A DNA stretch of 64,000 nucleotides from Candidatus Hydrogenedentota bacterium (GTDB taxonomy: Bacteria; Hydrogenedentota; Hydrogenedentia; Hydrogenedentales; SLHB01): NCBI GenBank assembly GCA_963674865.2, contig CAXXYE010000004.1, positions 384,001 through 448,000 on the forward strand, read 5' to 3'. Below, piece after piece: positions 8,962 through 18,296 of this stretch; position 1 is the first letter of the stretch; every line of letters starts with the position of its first letter. The position numbers and the translations under genes are program-made. Under the pieces are notes generated by a model. That model was not told the DNA's origin. It saw only the letters and a list, made by a program, of their open reading frames with translations, and ran no database searches.

Positions 8962-9722
8962 CACGTGTCTCCTTGTAAGATTCTCCGTAATGTTTTCATT
9001 GCCGCGCCATGGATCTGGCAAACCCGTGATTCAGAGACTTCCAGAACAACCCCGATTTCTTTCAGGGTCAATTCTTCATAATAATACAAGTTTAGCACTT
9101 TTTGCTGCTGGTCAGGCAACTTGAGGATGGCGGCGACAAGCAACTCCTGGCGCTCCCGTTCTCGGGCGAGCTGCCCCGGGTCGGGTGTCGAGGGATTGCT
9201 GACAAGGTCGAGCTTGCGGCCGGCGTGTTCGGAATCCTCCGAGGGGAAGTAGTCGTCGAGGGACAGGGTCTGAGCCGTTTGCAGTCGGGCGAGCGTCTCT
9301 TCCACCTGCTCGACGGAGGTGCCCAGTTCGTCGGCTATCTCCTGCGGCGAGGGGTCGCGGCCCTCCCGATGGCGCAGCCGTTCACGGGCAGCCCCCACTT
9401 TCCTGGCCATTGTCCGCAGCGAGCGGGGAGCCCAATCGAGCGAGCGTATCTGGTCGATAATGGCGCCCCGCACCCGGATCGAGGCGTAGGTGGAGAACTT
9501 GGTGTCCTGGTTGAGGTCGAACTTCTCGACGGCGTCCATGAGGCCCAGAACACCCCAGCCGATGAGGTCGTCCAACTCGACGTTTGATGGAACGTGGATA
9601 GCCATGCGTCCGGCGATGTATTTCACCACCCGCATATGCTGCACAATGAGTACATCCCGGGCCGACGCGTCCCCCTCCTCCTTGTAGCGGCGCCAGAGCT
9701 CCTTCTCGTGCATTGCCGTCAA
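8961..9722 (-). CDS. fliA: RNA polymerase sigma factor FliA/WhiG (sigma28)
   Basis: DDLIGWGVLGLMDAVEKFD, RVRGAIIDQIRSLDWAPRS, YYEELTLKEIGVVLEVSESRVCQIH; start may be 9713. Confidence 0.96.
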   Translation of the reverse strand: MTAMHEKELWRRYKEEGDASARDVLIVQHMRVVKYIAGRMAIHVPSNVELDDLIGWGVLGLMDAVEKFDLNQDTKFSTYASIRVRGAIIDQIRSLDWAPRSLRTMARKVGAARERLRHREGRDPSPQEIADELGTSVEQVEETLARLQTAQTLSLDDYFPSEDSEHAGRKLDLVSNPSTPDPGQLARERERQELLVAAILKLPDQQQKVLNLYYYEELTLKEIGVVLEVSESRVCQIHGAAMKTLRRILQGDT

Positions 9723-10693
9723 CGGAGGCTCTCGATCCGTTCCCGTGGGCTGACGATCTCCGTGATCCGAAGGCCGAACTTCTCGTCGACGACGACCACA
9801 TCGCCTCGCGCAATCAGTTTGTCGTTCACGAGCAGTTCGACGGGCTCGTCGACGAGGTGTCCGACTTCAATGATGGAGCCGGGCCCGAGAGCCAGTATCT
9901 CGCTAATGGGCATGTAAACCCGCCCGAGACGCGCCGTGGCTGTCAGGCCGATATCAAGGACGCGATCAATGTTCGACATAATCCGCTGGTCGGGCTCCTT
10001 AGCGCGCGCCGAGTCTACCGGCGCTTCTTGTTGATCCGGGGGCGTTTCGCTGTCGAAAGTGCTCAGAATATCGCTCATTTCGGACTCGTCAAGCTGCGGG
10101 CCGTCAGTGCCATCGCCGTTGGCGGCAGCCGCGCCATCACCACCGAACAGTAGGTCCACCAGTTTCCGCGGCACGAGCGCTTCCAGGTCCTGCGTGAAGA
10201 GCAGGGCCGCGCCGCCGTCTCCCTCGCCATCTGTCGAGAGGCGAAGGTGCGCCACCGTGGACGCGCCGCCCAGAAAGCTCGCCAGGTCGCCGTCGCCTTC
10301 CCGAGCAATGACCACTTCGACACTGTCGCTCGTGAACTGCGTCTCAAGCTTCTCATTCAGGTGCTCAAGACCCGCGGACAGGCCTGCGGCGGCCAGATCT
10401 CTCAACTCGTCCAGGCGTCCTTCATCCAACTCGGCAGGCTCAGAGGCATCCTTTGCCGCCAAGAGGCCCGCGGCGCCCGCCTCATCCAGCAGGAGTGCCA
10501 AGGCGCCTTGCTCCTTGATGCGGCAGCGGACGACGACCGGATGTCTTGCCACCAGTTCGCCCAGCGCATCCGGTGCTAGATCGCTCATTTCCTCGACATC
10601 GCAGTCGAACGTGCGAGCGAGTTGGTCACTAAAGGCATCAAAACACCCCTTGAGCATGCCCTGAGCAATGACATTGGAGGCGCCTGTATCCAT
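9719..10693 (-). CDS. fliN: Flagellar motor switch protein FliN (FliY-like long form)
   Basis: C-terminal SpoA domain (NIDRVLDI...ILALGPGSIIE...LIARGDVVVVDEKFGLRITEI) plus ~200-aa N-terminal extension. Confidence 0.88.
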   Translation of the reverse strand: MDTGASNVIAQGMLKGCFDAFSDQLARTFDCDVEEMSDLAPDALGELVARHPVVVRCRIKEQGALALLLDEAGAAGLLAAKDASEPAELDEGRLDELRDLAAAGLSAGLEHLNEKLETQFTSDSVEVVIAREGDGDLASFLGGASTVAHLRLSTDGEGDGGAALLFTQDLEALVPRKLVDLLFGGDGAAAANGDGTDGPQLDESEMSDILSTFDSETPPDQQEAPVDSARAKEPDQRIMSNIDRVLDIGLTATARLGRVYMPISEILALGPGSIIEVGHLVDEPVELLVNDKLIARGDVVVVDEKFGLRITEIVSPRERIESLR

Positions 10694-10702
10694 TGAGCAG
10701 TC

Positions 10703-11686
10703 CTATTCCTCTCGCACTAACGTGACAAGCTGTACGGCGCTCTGCTCGCCTGTACGGCCCGGCCGAGCCAGGAAACGGGCGTGGCCTCCGACTGTAATCG
10801 AAACAGGCTTCTTCACGTCCGTATCCAACTGCAGGACATCCCCAACCTGAAGCCGTGCGATGTCCGCCAGCGGCAGTTTCGCCTGCCCAAGAAGGGCATC
10901 TACGGGGACTTGCGCCCCTCGTATGACACGCTCAATCCGAGTTCGCATGGCTTGGGCCGTCTCGACACTCATCTTGCGCATATAGTGAGTTTGTTGAGAT
11001 ATCTGGTCGAGAACGGGATTCAGCACCATGAGCGGAATGCACATATTCATGGAGCCAACCGTTTCGCCGATGTGCAGTTCGTAGCCCACCAGTATCACCA
11101 TCTCGCTCCCCGCAACGATCTGTACGATGAGCGGGTCGCTTTCCTGAGCTATCACGCTGAGTGAAAACTCGACAAGCTGCTCCCAGGAGCGTTTCAGGCT
11201 ATCCAGGATCATCAGGACAATCCGCTGAACAATCCGGTCCTCGATCTCTGTCAATTCCCGTGGTTCGGCAAGGGAAAGGCCCTTTCCGCCCAAGAGACGG
11301 TCGACAATCGGGAAGACCAACGCGGGACTCAACTCGATGACGGCGTTGCCCTCGAGGGGAGACATATTAACTACCGACAAGGATGTCGGGCGGGCCACGG
11401 AAAGGATGAACTCGTCGTACGTGAGTTGGTCGATTGAAACAAGGTCCACCCGAACGACCGACCGCAGAAACGGCGGCAGCGTAATGCTCAACTCGCGGGC
11501 AAATGCCTCGAAAAGGCTCTGGAGACCCTTTAGCTGCTCCGTCGAGACCCGTTCGGGACGCCGGAAGTCATAGGTGGTTACTTTTCCCGGCGTAACCTCC
11601 TCGCGCGTGGGCTCCTCAACGACCTCGCTGTCGCTCACGGCGTTTAGGAGCAGGTCGACCTCTTCCTGGCTCAGAATGTCTGCCAT
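10703..11686 (-). CDS. fliM: Flagellar motor switch protein FliM
   Basis: MADILSQEEVDLLL CheY-binding peptide, YDFRRPERVS, DQLTYDEFI, RELTEIE. Confidence 0.96.
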   Translation of the reverse strand: MADILSQEEVDLLLNAVSDSEVVEEPTREEVTPGKVTTYDFRRPERVSTEQLKGLQSLFEAFARELSITLPPFLRSVVRVDLVSIDQLTYDEFILSVARPTSLSVVNMSPLEGNAVIELSPALVFPIVDRLLGGKGLSLAEPRELTEIEDRIVQRIVLMILDSLKRSWEQLVEFSLSVIAQESDPLIVQIVAGSEMVILVGYELHIGETVGSMNMCIPLMVLNPVLDQISQQTHYMRKMSVETAQAMRTRIERVIRGAQVPVDALLGQAKLPLADIARLQVGDVLQLDTDVKKPVSITVGGHARFLARPGRTGEQSAVQLVTLVREE

Positions 11687-12205
11687 GTGCCCAATTCCTC
11701 GCTCCGATGAGGGCTGGATCCATCGTCGCGAGTATAACACAGGGGACATAGGGGCGCAACAGATCCCGATTCAAGGTAACACATTTATTGTGAGACAGAT
11801 AGCCTATGCGGCCAGGCGACAAAACGGCGGTGCAATGGCCGTCACCGTGAGCAGATTGCGAACTTCAGTCCACAAATAACCAACCCCTGGCCCCCGGCGG
11901 GAGATTGTCCTTCGGCAATGCGTACGATAGAGCGGCGGGTCCAAACAGAAGCCTCATTGGGCGACACAGTGCCCTGGGATTCCTGTTGACAGCGAAGTGG
12001 GCCTCTGATACCCTTTTTGCAGGCAGGACTTGGAAGGTGCATTTGGCCTCGCGAGTTCGGCCGGAAATGAAGCGGCAGGAAGAGGTAATGGGGAGCCACG
12101 CCCAATGGATGTGGGGCGGTAGCCGTCACAAACGGGAGCCGTGCCTGCCGGGTGTTTTGCGTCCATGGGCGTGGGCGTGGTCGTAGCTTGCGAAAGGAGA
12201 GAGTT

Positions 12206-13801
12206 ATGCGGAGAAGAGCATCAATCCTAATAGCAGTTCTGGTGCTGGCTCTGGCACTACCCGCGATGGCGGAACTGCAAAATGTCACCGTAGGTGGTAC
12301 TGTTCGCGTCAAGGGTAACTACATCAGCAACGTCTTTACGAACGGGGCGGCCCCGGGGCAAGTTACGCCCGAGGTGCGCTGGCCCGGCGGCATACTGGGC
12401 GGCCGGGTGATAGGGAACGTGTTTGTTCCCCCCTTCGCGCCAAACGACGTCGTGAGCATCTTCGATTGGAGCAGCCGTGGCTCCGACCTCAAGTTTGTCG
12501 AACACCGGACACGGCTCAATGCCAAAGCCGATTTCACCGATGAAGTCAGTGCCTTTATCGAACTTGACAGTTATGACTGGTGGGGGGAAGATTTCCGTTC
12601 GAACTACATCACCGGCGCGGACGCACGTGCCGCTACCGGCGATGATGTGGAGATTTTCCAAGCCTACATCGAAGCGAACAACATGTTCGACTATCCGGTA
12701 CGCCTGCGCATCGGCCGCCAGGAAATGGCTTTTGGAAGTCAGTTCCTTGTCGGCACCAATGACTTCGCCTTCTTCTTTACGGGCCTTTCGTTCGATGCGG
12801 TTCGGCTTACCTACACGCACGATGTGTTCACGTTGGATGCATGGTGGAGTAAGATCAACGAGGCCAGTCCTATCGAAGAGGACGGCGATACGGATTTCTA
12901 TGGCCTGTACGCCTCCTACAACGGCATTGAGAATCTGACCCTCGACGCTTACTGGATGATGCTCCGCGACGCCACTTCCGTGACGGACACGCCGGGAAGT
13001 CTCTTCCAGAATTGGTGGGAGCACCTTTGGGGTGTGGACGACTATGATCCCACCTGCCTCCACACCATAGGGATTCGGGCTGCTGGCAAGTACGGCCCCG
13101 TGGATTTCGAGGGCGAGCTTGCCTATCAGTTTGGCGATGCCGATCGGATTGGCTCGCTTTTCAAGCTCGGTGCCTACGGCGATGACGACGCCGATTTTGA
13201 CAACTTGGGCGGGCATCTCAACATCGGCTACGCCCCTGATCTTAAGTACCATCCGCGTTTCTTCGTGGACTTCCTCTACTTTGGGGGCGAAGACAATCGC
13301 GACGTCACATTCTGGGAACTCCTCAATCCTTTCCGTCGTGCTGAATCCAGCATAAGCTTCAATCGCCTCTTCTCGAACCAGATCTGCAGCGGCTTCTGCG
13401 ACCTCAATAACGACCTTTCCAATGCCTGGGTTCTTTGTGTAGGCGTTATGGCCGCCCCGACCGAAAAGCTGCGAGCTGCATTCATGGTCACCCGCTTCGA
13501 CACGCTTGAGGAGTTTGACGCACCTCGCCACTTCAAGCTCGGCCGTATTCGCGTTCCGATCGCCCCTGCCCTCAGTTGGTGGGACCAGGAGAACGACGAC
13601 CTTCTCGGTTATGAAACGCACCTGACCTTTGCCTACAACTACAGCGAAGATCTCGTGTTCGAGATCGGATGGGCTCACTTCTTCCTCGGCGAAGGCTCCG
13701 AGGATGGGCAATTCAGCCGGTGGAACGGCCTTCTGTATACCGGCGGCACGGACGACGACGATGCTGACTACGTCTACGTTGGCAGCACACTGAAGTTCTA
13801 G
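12206..13801 (+). CDS. Alginate export family outer-membrane beta-barrel protein
   Basis: Signal peptide; EHRTRLNAKADF; LRIGRQEMAFGSQFLVG; FDAVRL; C-terminal Phe (STLKF); AAAGGAG RBS. Confidence 0.82.
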   Translation: MRRRASILIAVLVLALALPAMAELQNVTVGGTVRVKGNYISNVFTNGAAPGQVTPEVRWPGGILGGRVIGNVFVPPFAPNDVVSIFDWSSRGSDLKFVEHRTRLNAKADFTDEVSAFIELDSYDWWGEDFRSNYITGADARAATGDDVEIFQAYIEANNMFDYPVRLRIGRQEMAFGSQFLVGTNDFAFFFTGLSFDAVRLTYTHDVFTLDAWWSKINEASPIEEDGDTDFYGLYASYNGIENLTLDAYWMMLRDATSVTDTPGSLFQNWWEHLWGVDDYDPTCLHTIGIRAAGKYGPVDFEGELAYQFGDADRIGSLFKLGAYGDDDADFDNLGGHLNIGYAPDLKYHPRFFVDFLYFGGEDNRDVTFWELLNPFRRAESSISFNRLFSNQICSGFCDLNNDLSNAWVLCVGVMAAPTEKLRAAFMVTRFDTLEEFDAPRHFKLGRIRVPIAPALSWWDQENDDLLGYETHLTFAYNYSEDLVFEIGWAHFFLGEGSEDGQFSRWNGLLYTGGTDDDDADYVYVGSTLKF

Positions 13802-13832
13802 CCTGTCCGGAGTCGGCCTATTGCTGAGCGAC

Positions 13833-13866
13833 AAGTCCCCACGGTTCGCCGTGGGGACTTTCTTTG
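13833..13866 (+). terminator. Rho-independent terminator
   Basis: AAGTCCCCACGG-TTCG-CCGTGGGGACTT followed by TCTTT, about 30 nt after the porin stop. Confidence 0.85.
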
Positions 13867-14048
13867 TGTCCCGCACCCCCGTATTGACGCTACCACCGGA
13901 CAACTTTCCTGTCCGCGCACAAGGCACTCCAAGATGGCCTCGTCCATTGAGAACTGCTCACCGACTGGATAAGGCCTACTGCCGTCCCCTCCAATGACTT
14001 GACGTGCGGCGGAATCAGCGGCCCGTCCACGGGGATGTTACTTGCCAT

Positions 14049-14063
14049 TGGCCCGGCCTTTGC
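14049..14063 (+). promoter_or_regulatory. Possible sigma54 -24/-12 promoter
   Basis: TGGC-CCGGCCT-TTGC, about 50 nt upstream of ATG 14116. Confidence 0.35.
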
Positions 14064-14115
14064 GTATCGTTACTTGCGTTGCGTTCTGCTGCCGCCTTTT
14101 GACTGGAGGTCCACT

Positions 14116-14616
14116 ATGCGAAAAGAAGCCATCAAGGAGCTGTCTACCGAGAATTTTCGCGAATACGGAACATTTGCGCAGATGATCAATCCGAAAGCCG
14201 CAAGAATCGGGGCGGAACCCATCGAGTTCTTCCGCGACATGGTGCTGCTCGACCTTGGAAGCGCCCACACGGCCTCTTTCTCGACGTGCCGTGTCCTCAC
14301 GAGGCCGCCCATTGTTGATGTTACGGAGTATCACACCAGTTGCGGCGAGGGCACCTTGCCGCTCGACGGCGACGTCCTCATCCATGTTGCTCCGGCGACG
14401 CCCACCGGGGAAGTGCCTCTTGACCGCATCGAGATCTTTCGCGTTCCCACGGGCACGATGGTCGCGCTTCGGCCCGGCGTATGGCACCACGCCGCGTTTG
14501 CCCATCAATGCGAATGCGTCAATGTACTGATCGTGTTACCGGAGCGCACCTACGCCAACGACTGCGAGGTCTTTGAGATCACAGAGGCCGACCGCGTCGA
14601 GATTCAGGGCGCATAA
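14116..14616 (+). CDS. Ureidoglycolate lyase-like cupin (DUF4867-like)
   Basis: ELSTENFREYG, EYHTSCGE, ALRPGVWHHA, VLIVLPERTYAND; GGAGG RBS. Confidence 0.75.
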   Translation: MRKEAIKELSTENFREYGTFAQMINPKAARIGAEPIEFFRDMVLLDLGSAHTASFSTCRVLTRPPIVDVTEYHTSCGEGTLPLDGDVLIHVAPATPTGEVPLDRIEIFRVPTGTMVALRPGVWHHAAFAHQCECVNVLIVLPERTYANDCEVFEITEADRVEIQGA

Positions 14617-14656
14617 GGCCCGCCACGGTGCGCTTCCTCTGTAGGCCGTCACGGTG

Positions 14657-15214
14657 ATGATGGAACTCAAACCCACCCAGAATGTGGTTCTTATCGGGAT
14701 GCCAGGTGTCGGTAAGAGCACCGTGGGCGTGCTCCTGGCCAAAGCGACTTCTCGTCCGTTTCTGGATACGGACGTGTACATTCAGGCCAAAGAGAGGAGG
14801 CGCCTCCAATCGATTATCGACGCGGAGGGCATTGAGGCGTTCTGTGCCCTTGAGGAGCGCTATGTACTTATGTTGGCGTGCCGGGGAAGCGTAATCGCCA
14901 CGGGGGGGAGCGTCGTGTACGGCGGGGCCGCCATGCGCCACCTCAAATCGTCGGGAGTTGTCGTACATCTCGACCTTGCCCTGCCGGATCTCGAGCGGCG
15001 TGTGCTGAATCTTGACACGCGCGGCGTGGTGATGGCCATTGGGCAGACGCTGCAGACACTTTTTGAGGAAAGGCAGCCACTCTATCAGCGGTATGCGGAC
15101 GTCACCGTCGACTGTGCCGGCCTGAACCACGAGGAAGTTGTCACTCGTACACTCGAGATCCTGGGCGAGCGGCCGGATGCGAACTCGCGGGAAGACAGGC
15201 ATGCCCTTCTTTAG
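14657..15214 (+). CDS. aroK: Shikimate kinase
   Basis: LIGMPGVGKST P-loop, DTD, VIATGGSVVY, ERQPLY. Confidence 0.92.
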   Translation: MMELKPTQNVVLIGMPGVGKSTVGVLLAKATSRPFLDTDVYIQAKERRRLQSIIDAEGIEAFCALEERYVLMLACRGSVIATGGSVVYGGAAMRHLKSSGVVVHLDLALPDLERRVLNLDTRGVVMAIGQTLQTLFEERQPLYQRYADVTVDCAGLNHEEVVTRTLEILGERPDANSREDRHALL

Positions 15215-16175
15215 GCGCCGGCTCTCTCCCTTGCGAGACCTTGCGGATGCGAGGGGCTTGTTGGTGGGAGTTGCTGTGAACGAAGCGCCTTTGCGCGAAG
15301 ACCCGGCCTATCGCGACCTACTCGCCCGGGAGTTTAACGTCGTGACACCTGAGAACGCCATGAAGTTTGGGCGTCTCTCCCATGAGCGTGGGCATTACCA
15401 CTTTGAGGACGCGGACGCTATTGTCGGATTCGCTGAGAGCCATGGCATGCGCGTCCGTGGACACACCCTTGTCTGGCACATGCTCCAGCCCGAATGGCTT
15501 ACGGAAGGTACGTTCTCGCGGCAGGAGTGGCTCGACATCCTGCGCGAGCATATCTTCACGGTGATGACGCGCTATCGGGGGCGCGTCTTCGCATGGGACG
15601 TGGTGAACGAAGCCCTTGCCGAGGATGGTTCGCTTCGGGATACGATTTGGCTCCGGGGGGCGGGGGAGGAGTATCTCGAGCAGGCATTCCGATGGGCGCA
15701 TGAGGCCGACCCGGCGGCATTGCTCTTTTACAACGACTACTGCGCCGACGACCTCAGCCCCAAGTCGGATAGCGTCTACCGCCTTCTACGGCGCTTGCTT
15801 GAGCGCGATGTCCCTATCCATGGCGTGGGACTCCAGATGCATTTGGAGCTTGAAAAACCGCCCCGCCCTAAGCAGATCGGCAGGAACATCGCCCGGCTCT
15901 CGGCCCTCGGCCTCCAGGTACACGTCACGGAGATGGACGTGCGCATGAAAACGCCCGCTACCCCCGCGAAGCTTGTCTCTCAAGCGCGAATCTACCGCAG
16001 AGTGTTGCGGGCCTGTTTGCGCCGTGGCGAATGTCAGGCTTGTGTTTTCTGGGGACTCGGCGATGGGCACTCGTGGATACCTGAGTTCTTTCCCGGGGAA
16101 GGCGCGGCGCTCCTATTCGATGACCTTTCGCGCCCGAAGCCAGCCCGCCGAGCCGTACAAAGGACTATCCGCTGA
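15201..16175 (+). CDS. Endo-1,4-beta-xylanase, GH10, no signal peptide
   Basis: TPENAMK, RGHTLVWH, WDVVNEA (acid/base), LFYNDY, GLQMH, VTEMD (nucleophile). Confidence 0.92.
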   Translation: MPFFRRRLSPLRDLADARGLLVGVAVNEAPLREDPAYRDLLAREFNVVTPENAMKFGRLSHERGHYHFEDADAIVGFAESHGMRVRGHTLVWHMLQPEWLTEGTFSRQEWLDILREHIFTVMTRYRGRVFAWDVVNEALAEDGSLRDTIWLRGAGEEYLEQAFRWAHEADPAALLFYNDYCADDLSPKSDSVYRLLRRLLERDVPIHGVGLQMHLELEKPPRPKQIGRNIARLSALGLQVHVTEMDVRMKTPATPAKLVSQARIYRRVLRACLRRGECQACVFWGLGDGHSWIPEFFPGEGAALLFDDLSRPKPARRAVQRTIR

Positions 16176-16302
16176 CGAGGCGGCTCGGGCCGCCGTACGT
16201 CCCGGCGCAAGGGCTTCTGCCATTTCGTTGTGCTTCTGCTGCTCGCTTGTGCCATACTCAAACTGGATTTCCGTAGATGCTTAATGAGAAAGGTGACGCC
16301 GT

Positions 16303-16794
16303 ATGGATGCGCTTCAGGCCCTGAAAACACGTAGAAGTGTCCGCGTATACAAGAGCGATCCGGTACCACGAGAAGTCATCGAGGATATCGTGGACTGTGG
16401 GCGGTTGGCCGCTACCGCACGTAATGTTCAGCCGTGGGAATTTGTCGTCGTAACCGATCCCGCTATGCGCAGCCGCCTCGCCCAGATTAACGATTTTGGC
16501 AAATTCATCGAGCAGGCGCCCGTCTGCATCGTCGTTCTCTGTGTAGATACCAAGTACTACATCGAAGACGGCAGCGCCGCGACCCAGAACATCCTTGTGG
16601 CCGCGCATGCTCATGGTTTAGGCACGTGCTGGGTGGCGGGGGATAAGAAGCCCTACGCCGACGAGATACGGAGTGCGGTTGGCGCGCCTGCCAACTTCAA
16701 GCTTGTGGCCTCCATCGCGCTTGGTTATCCCGAGCAGGTGCCTGCACCGGAAAAGCGCCGCCTGGACGAGGTCATCCACTGGGAAGCCTTCTAG
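16303..16794 (+). CDS. Nitroreductase family protein
   Basis: TRRSVRVY, ATARNVQPWEFVVV, AAHAHGLGTCW. Confidence 0.92.
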   Translation: MDALQALKTRRSVRVYKSDPVPREVIEDIVDCGRLAATARNVQPWEFVVVTDPAMRSRLAQINDFGKFIEQAPVCIVVLCVDTKYYIEDGSAATQNILVAAHAHGLGTCWVAGDKKPYADEIRSAVGAPANFKLVASIALGYPEQVPAPEKRRLDEVIHWEAF

Positions 16795-16804
16795 GCTCCA
16801 CCGG

Positions 16805-18070
16805 CTAGAGCAATTGCTCTGCGTTTTCCGCCACTTTGCGAAAAGCTGCGGCGTGCTCTGCGATGATCTCCGGCTCATAGCGCTTGAAGTGGGGGATACT
16901 GAGGCATCGCGAGGCCGTCTGCTCGCTTACAGGCAGCGAGCCCGGCGCCTGACGTACGTCCCGCTCGGTGTGGGCAAGGCGCGTTGGGCGCCCGTGTCCG
17001 TATACGTCCAGGGCATTCAACACAGGATGTAGATGCATCGGACTGTTCGCCCCCCGGATTTGTATCGCTGCCCTCTGCCTTGACTGCCTCGCAGAACTTT
17101 GCGATGTCCAGTCCGCCGATCTCTAACGGCCGATACAGGCCCTTCGCCGCGTACCACCCTCCCATCGTCGAACCGGAGTCTTTCGGCGGACGGTGTGCGT
17201 TGATGCCAGGACAGCCATCGAGAAGGTCCCAGAAGTAGTTCATCGCTCGCTGGATTTCCTCGATGCGCCTGGGATAATGCTTCAGTTGGACTCGTCCCAG
17301 GGCGCTCGCCAGTTGGTTCAAGCGGTGTTTCACTCCGCCGAAGGGATATCCTTTGTATGGGATTAACTCAGGCTCCGTCAGGTCGGCGTGTCTTTCATAA
17401 TGCCCGAAAGCAATCGCTCGCTCATAAATCCCGCGCTCTCGCGTCACCAGCATGCCCGCCTCCCCGGCCACCAGGGACTTCCCCGACATGAGCGACATCG
17501 CGCCCACATCGCCTAAAAGCCCCGTCAACCGGCCCTTGTAGAGACTTCCCTGCGCATGCGAGACGTCCTCGATAACGCGGAGGCCGTGGCGCTTGGCGAT
17601 GGCCATTATCTCATCCATCTCGCATGGATAGGCGCAGTAATGAACAACGACAATGGCTTTGGTTCGCGTCGTGATGCGGTGTTCGATATCGCCGGATCGA
17701 TGTTCAGGGTGTCTGGATCGATGTCGGCGAACACCACGCTCGCGCCGAGCGAGAAACAGGGGAGGGACGAAGCCCAGTACGTGATGCTCGGGCAGATGAT
17801 TTCATCGCCCATACCAATGCCGCAGGCATACATCGCGGCAAGCAGGGACGCGGTGCCATTGCAGTGCGCGAGGCAGTGCGCCCCGTCGTAGTAGGCGCTG
17901 AACTCCGCCTCGAACAGCTTCGTCACCTCGGTGCCCGACATGTCCCCCGTGCGCAGCACTTCGAGCACGGCGGCTTCATCCTCCTCCGTAATGATCGGCC
18001 AGCGGATATTCTCACGCCAGTCTCTCGTCACGGCTCTCGGCCCACCAAGCAGCGCCAGTTTCTCGCTCAT
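16805..18070 (-). pseudogene. DegT/DnrJ/EryC1/StrS PLP aminotransferase, interrupted by two frameshifts (pseudogene or assembly error)
   Basis: Three collinear fragments: MSEKLALLGG...NIDP | IEHRITTRTKAIVVVH...VIEDVSHAQG...SLMSGKSLVAGEAG...TNPG | ANSPMHLHP...; breaks at ~17692 and in a G6 run at 17050-17055. Confidence 0.85.
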
Positions 18071-18173
18071 AGCGGCACCTCCATGCGGCTGTTCCGCTGC
18101 CAAGGGTAGACGATGCTGCTGCTCATCGGCAACCATGGCCTGGCAAGGAGTGGTGAAGAAAAAAAACGAAGCG

Positions 18174-18203
18174 TTGCACAGGAAAACAGCACCAACCTAT
18201 AAT
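18174..18203 (+). promoter_or_regulatory. Putative sigma70 promoter
   Basis: TTGCAC-N18-TATAAT upstream of the PilZ gene. Confidence 0.5.
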
Positions 18204-18296
18204 TCCCTATGGAGAGGGGAGTGCGAAGTGTGCCTGCTCACCGTGAGGCGCCCGCAGAGGCAAAGCAGGAATATGGACTCATAAGGGAGAGATAGG

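Noticed and set aside
12257..13927. 556-aa minus-strand ORF
   Set aside because: Antisense to the porin; no motifs; typical high-GC shadow ORF
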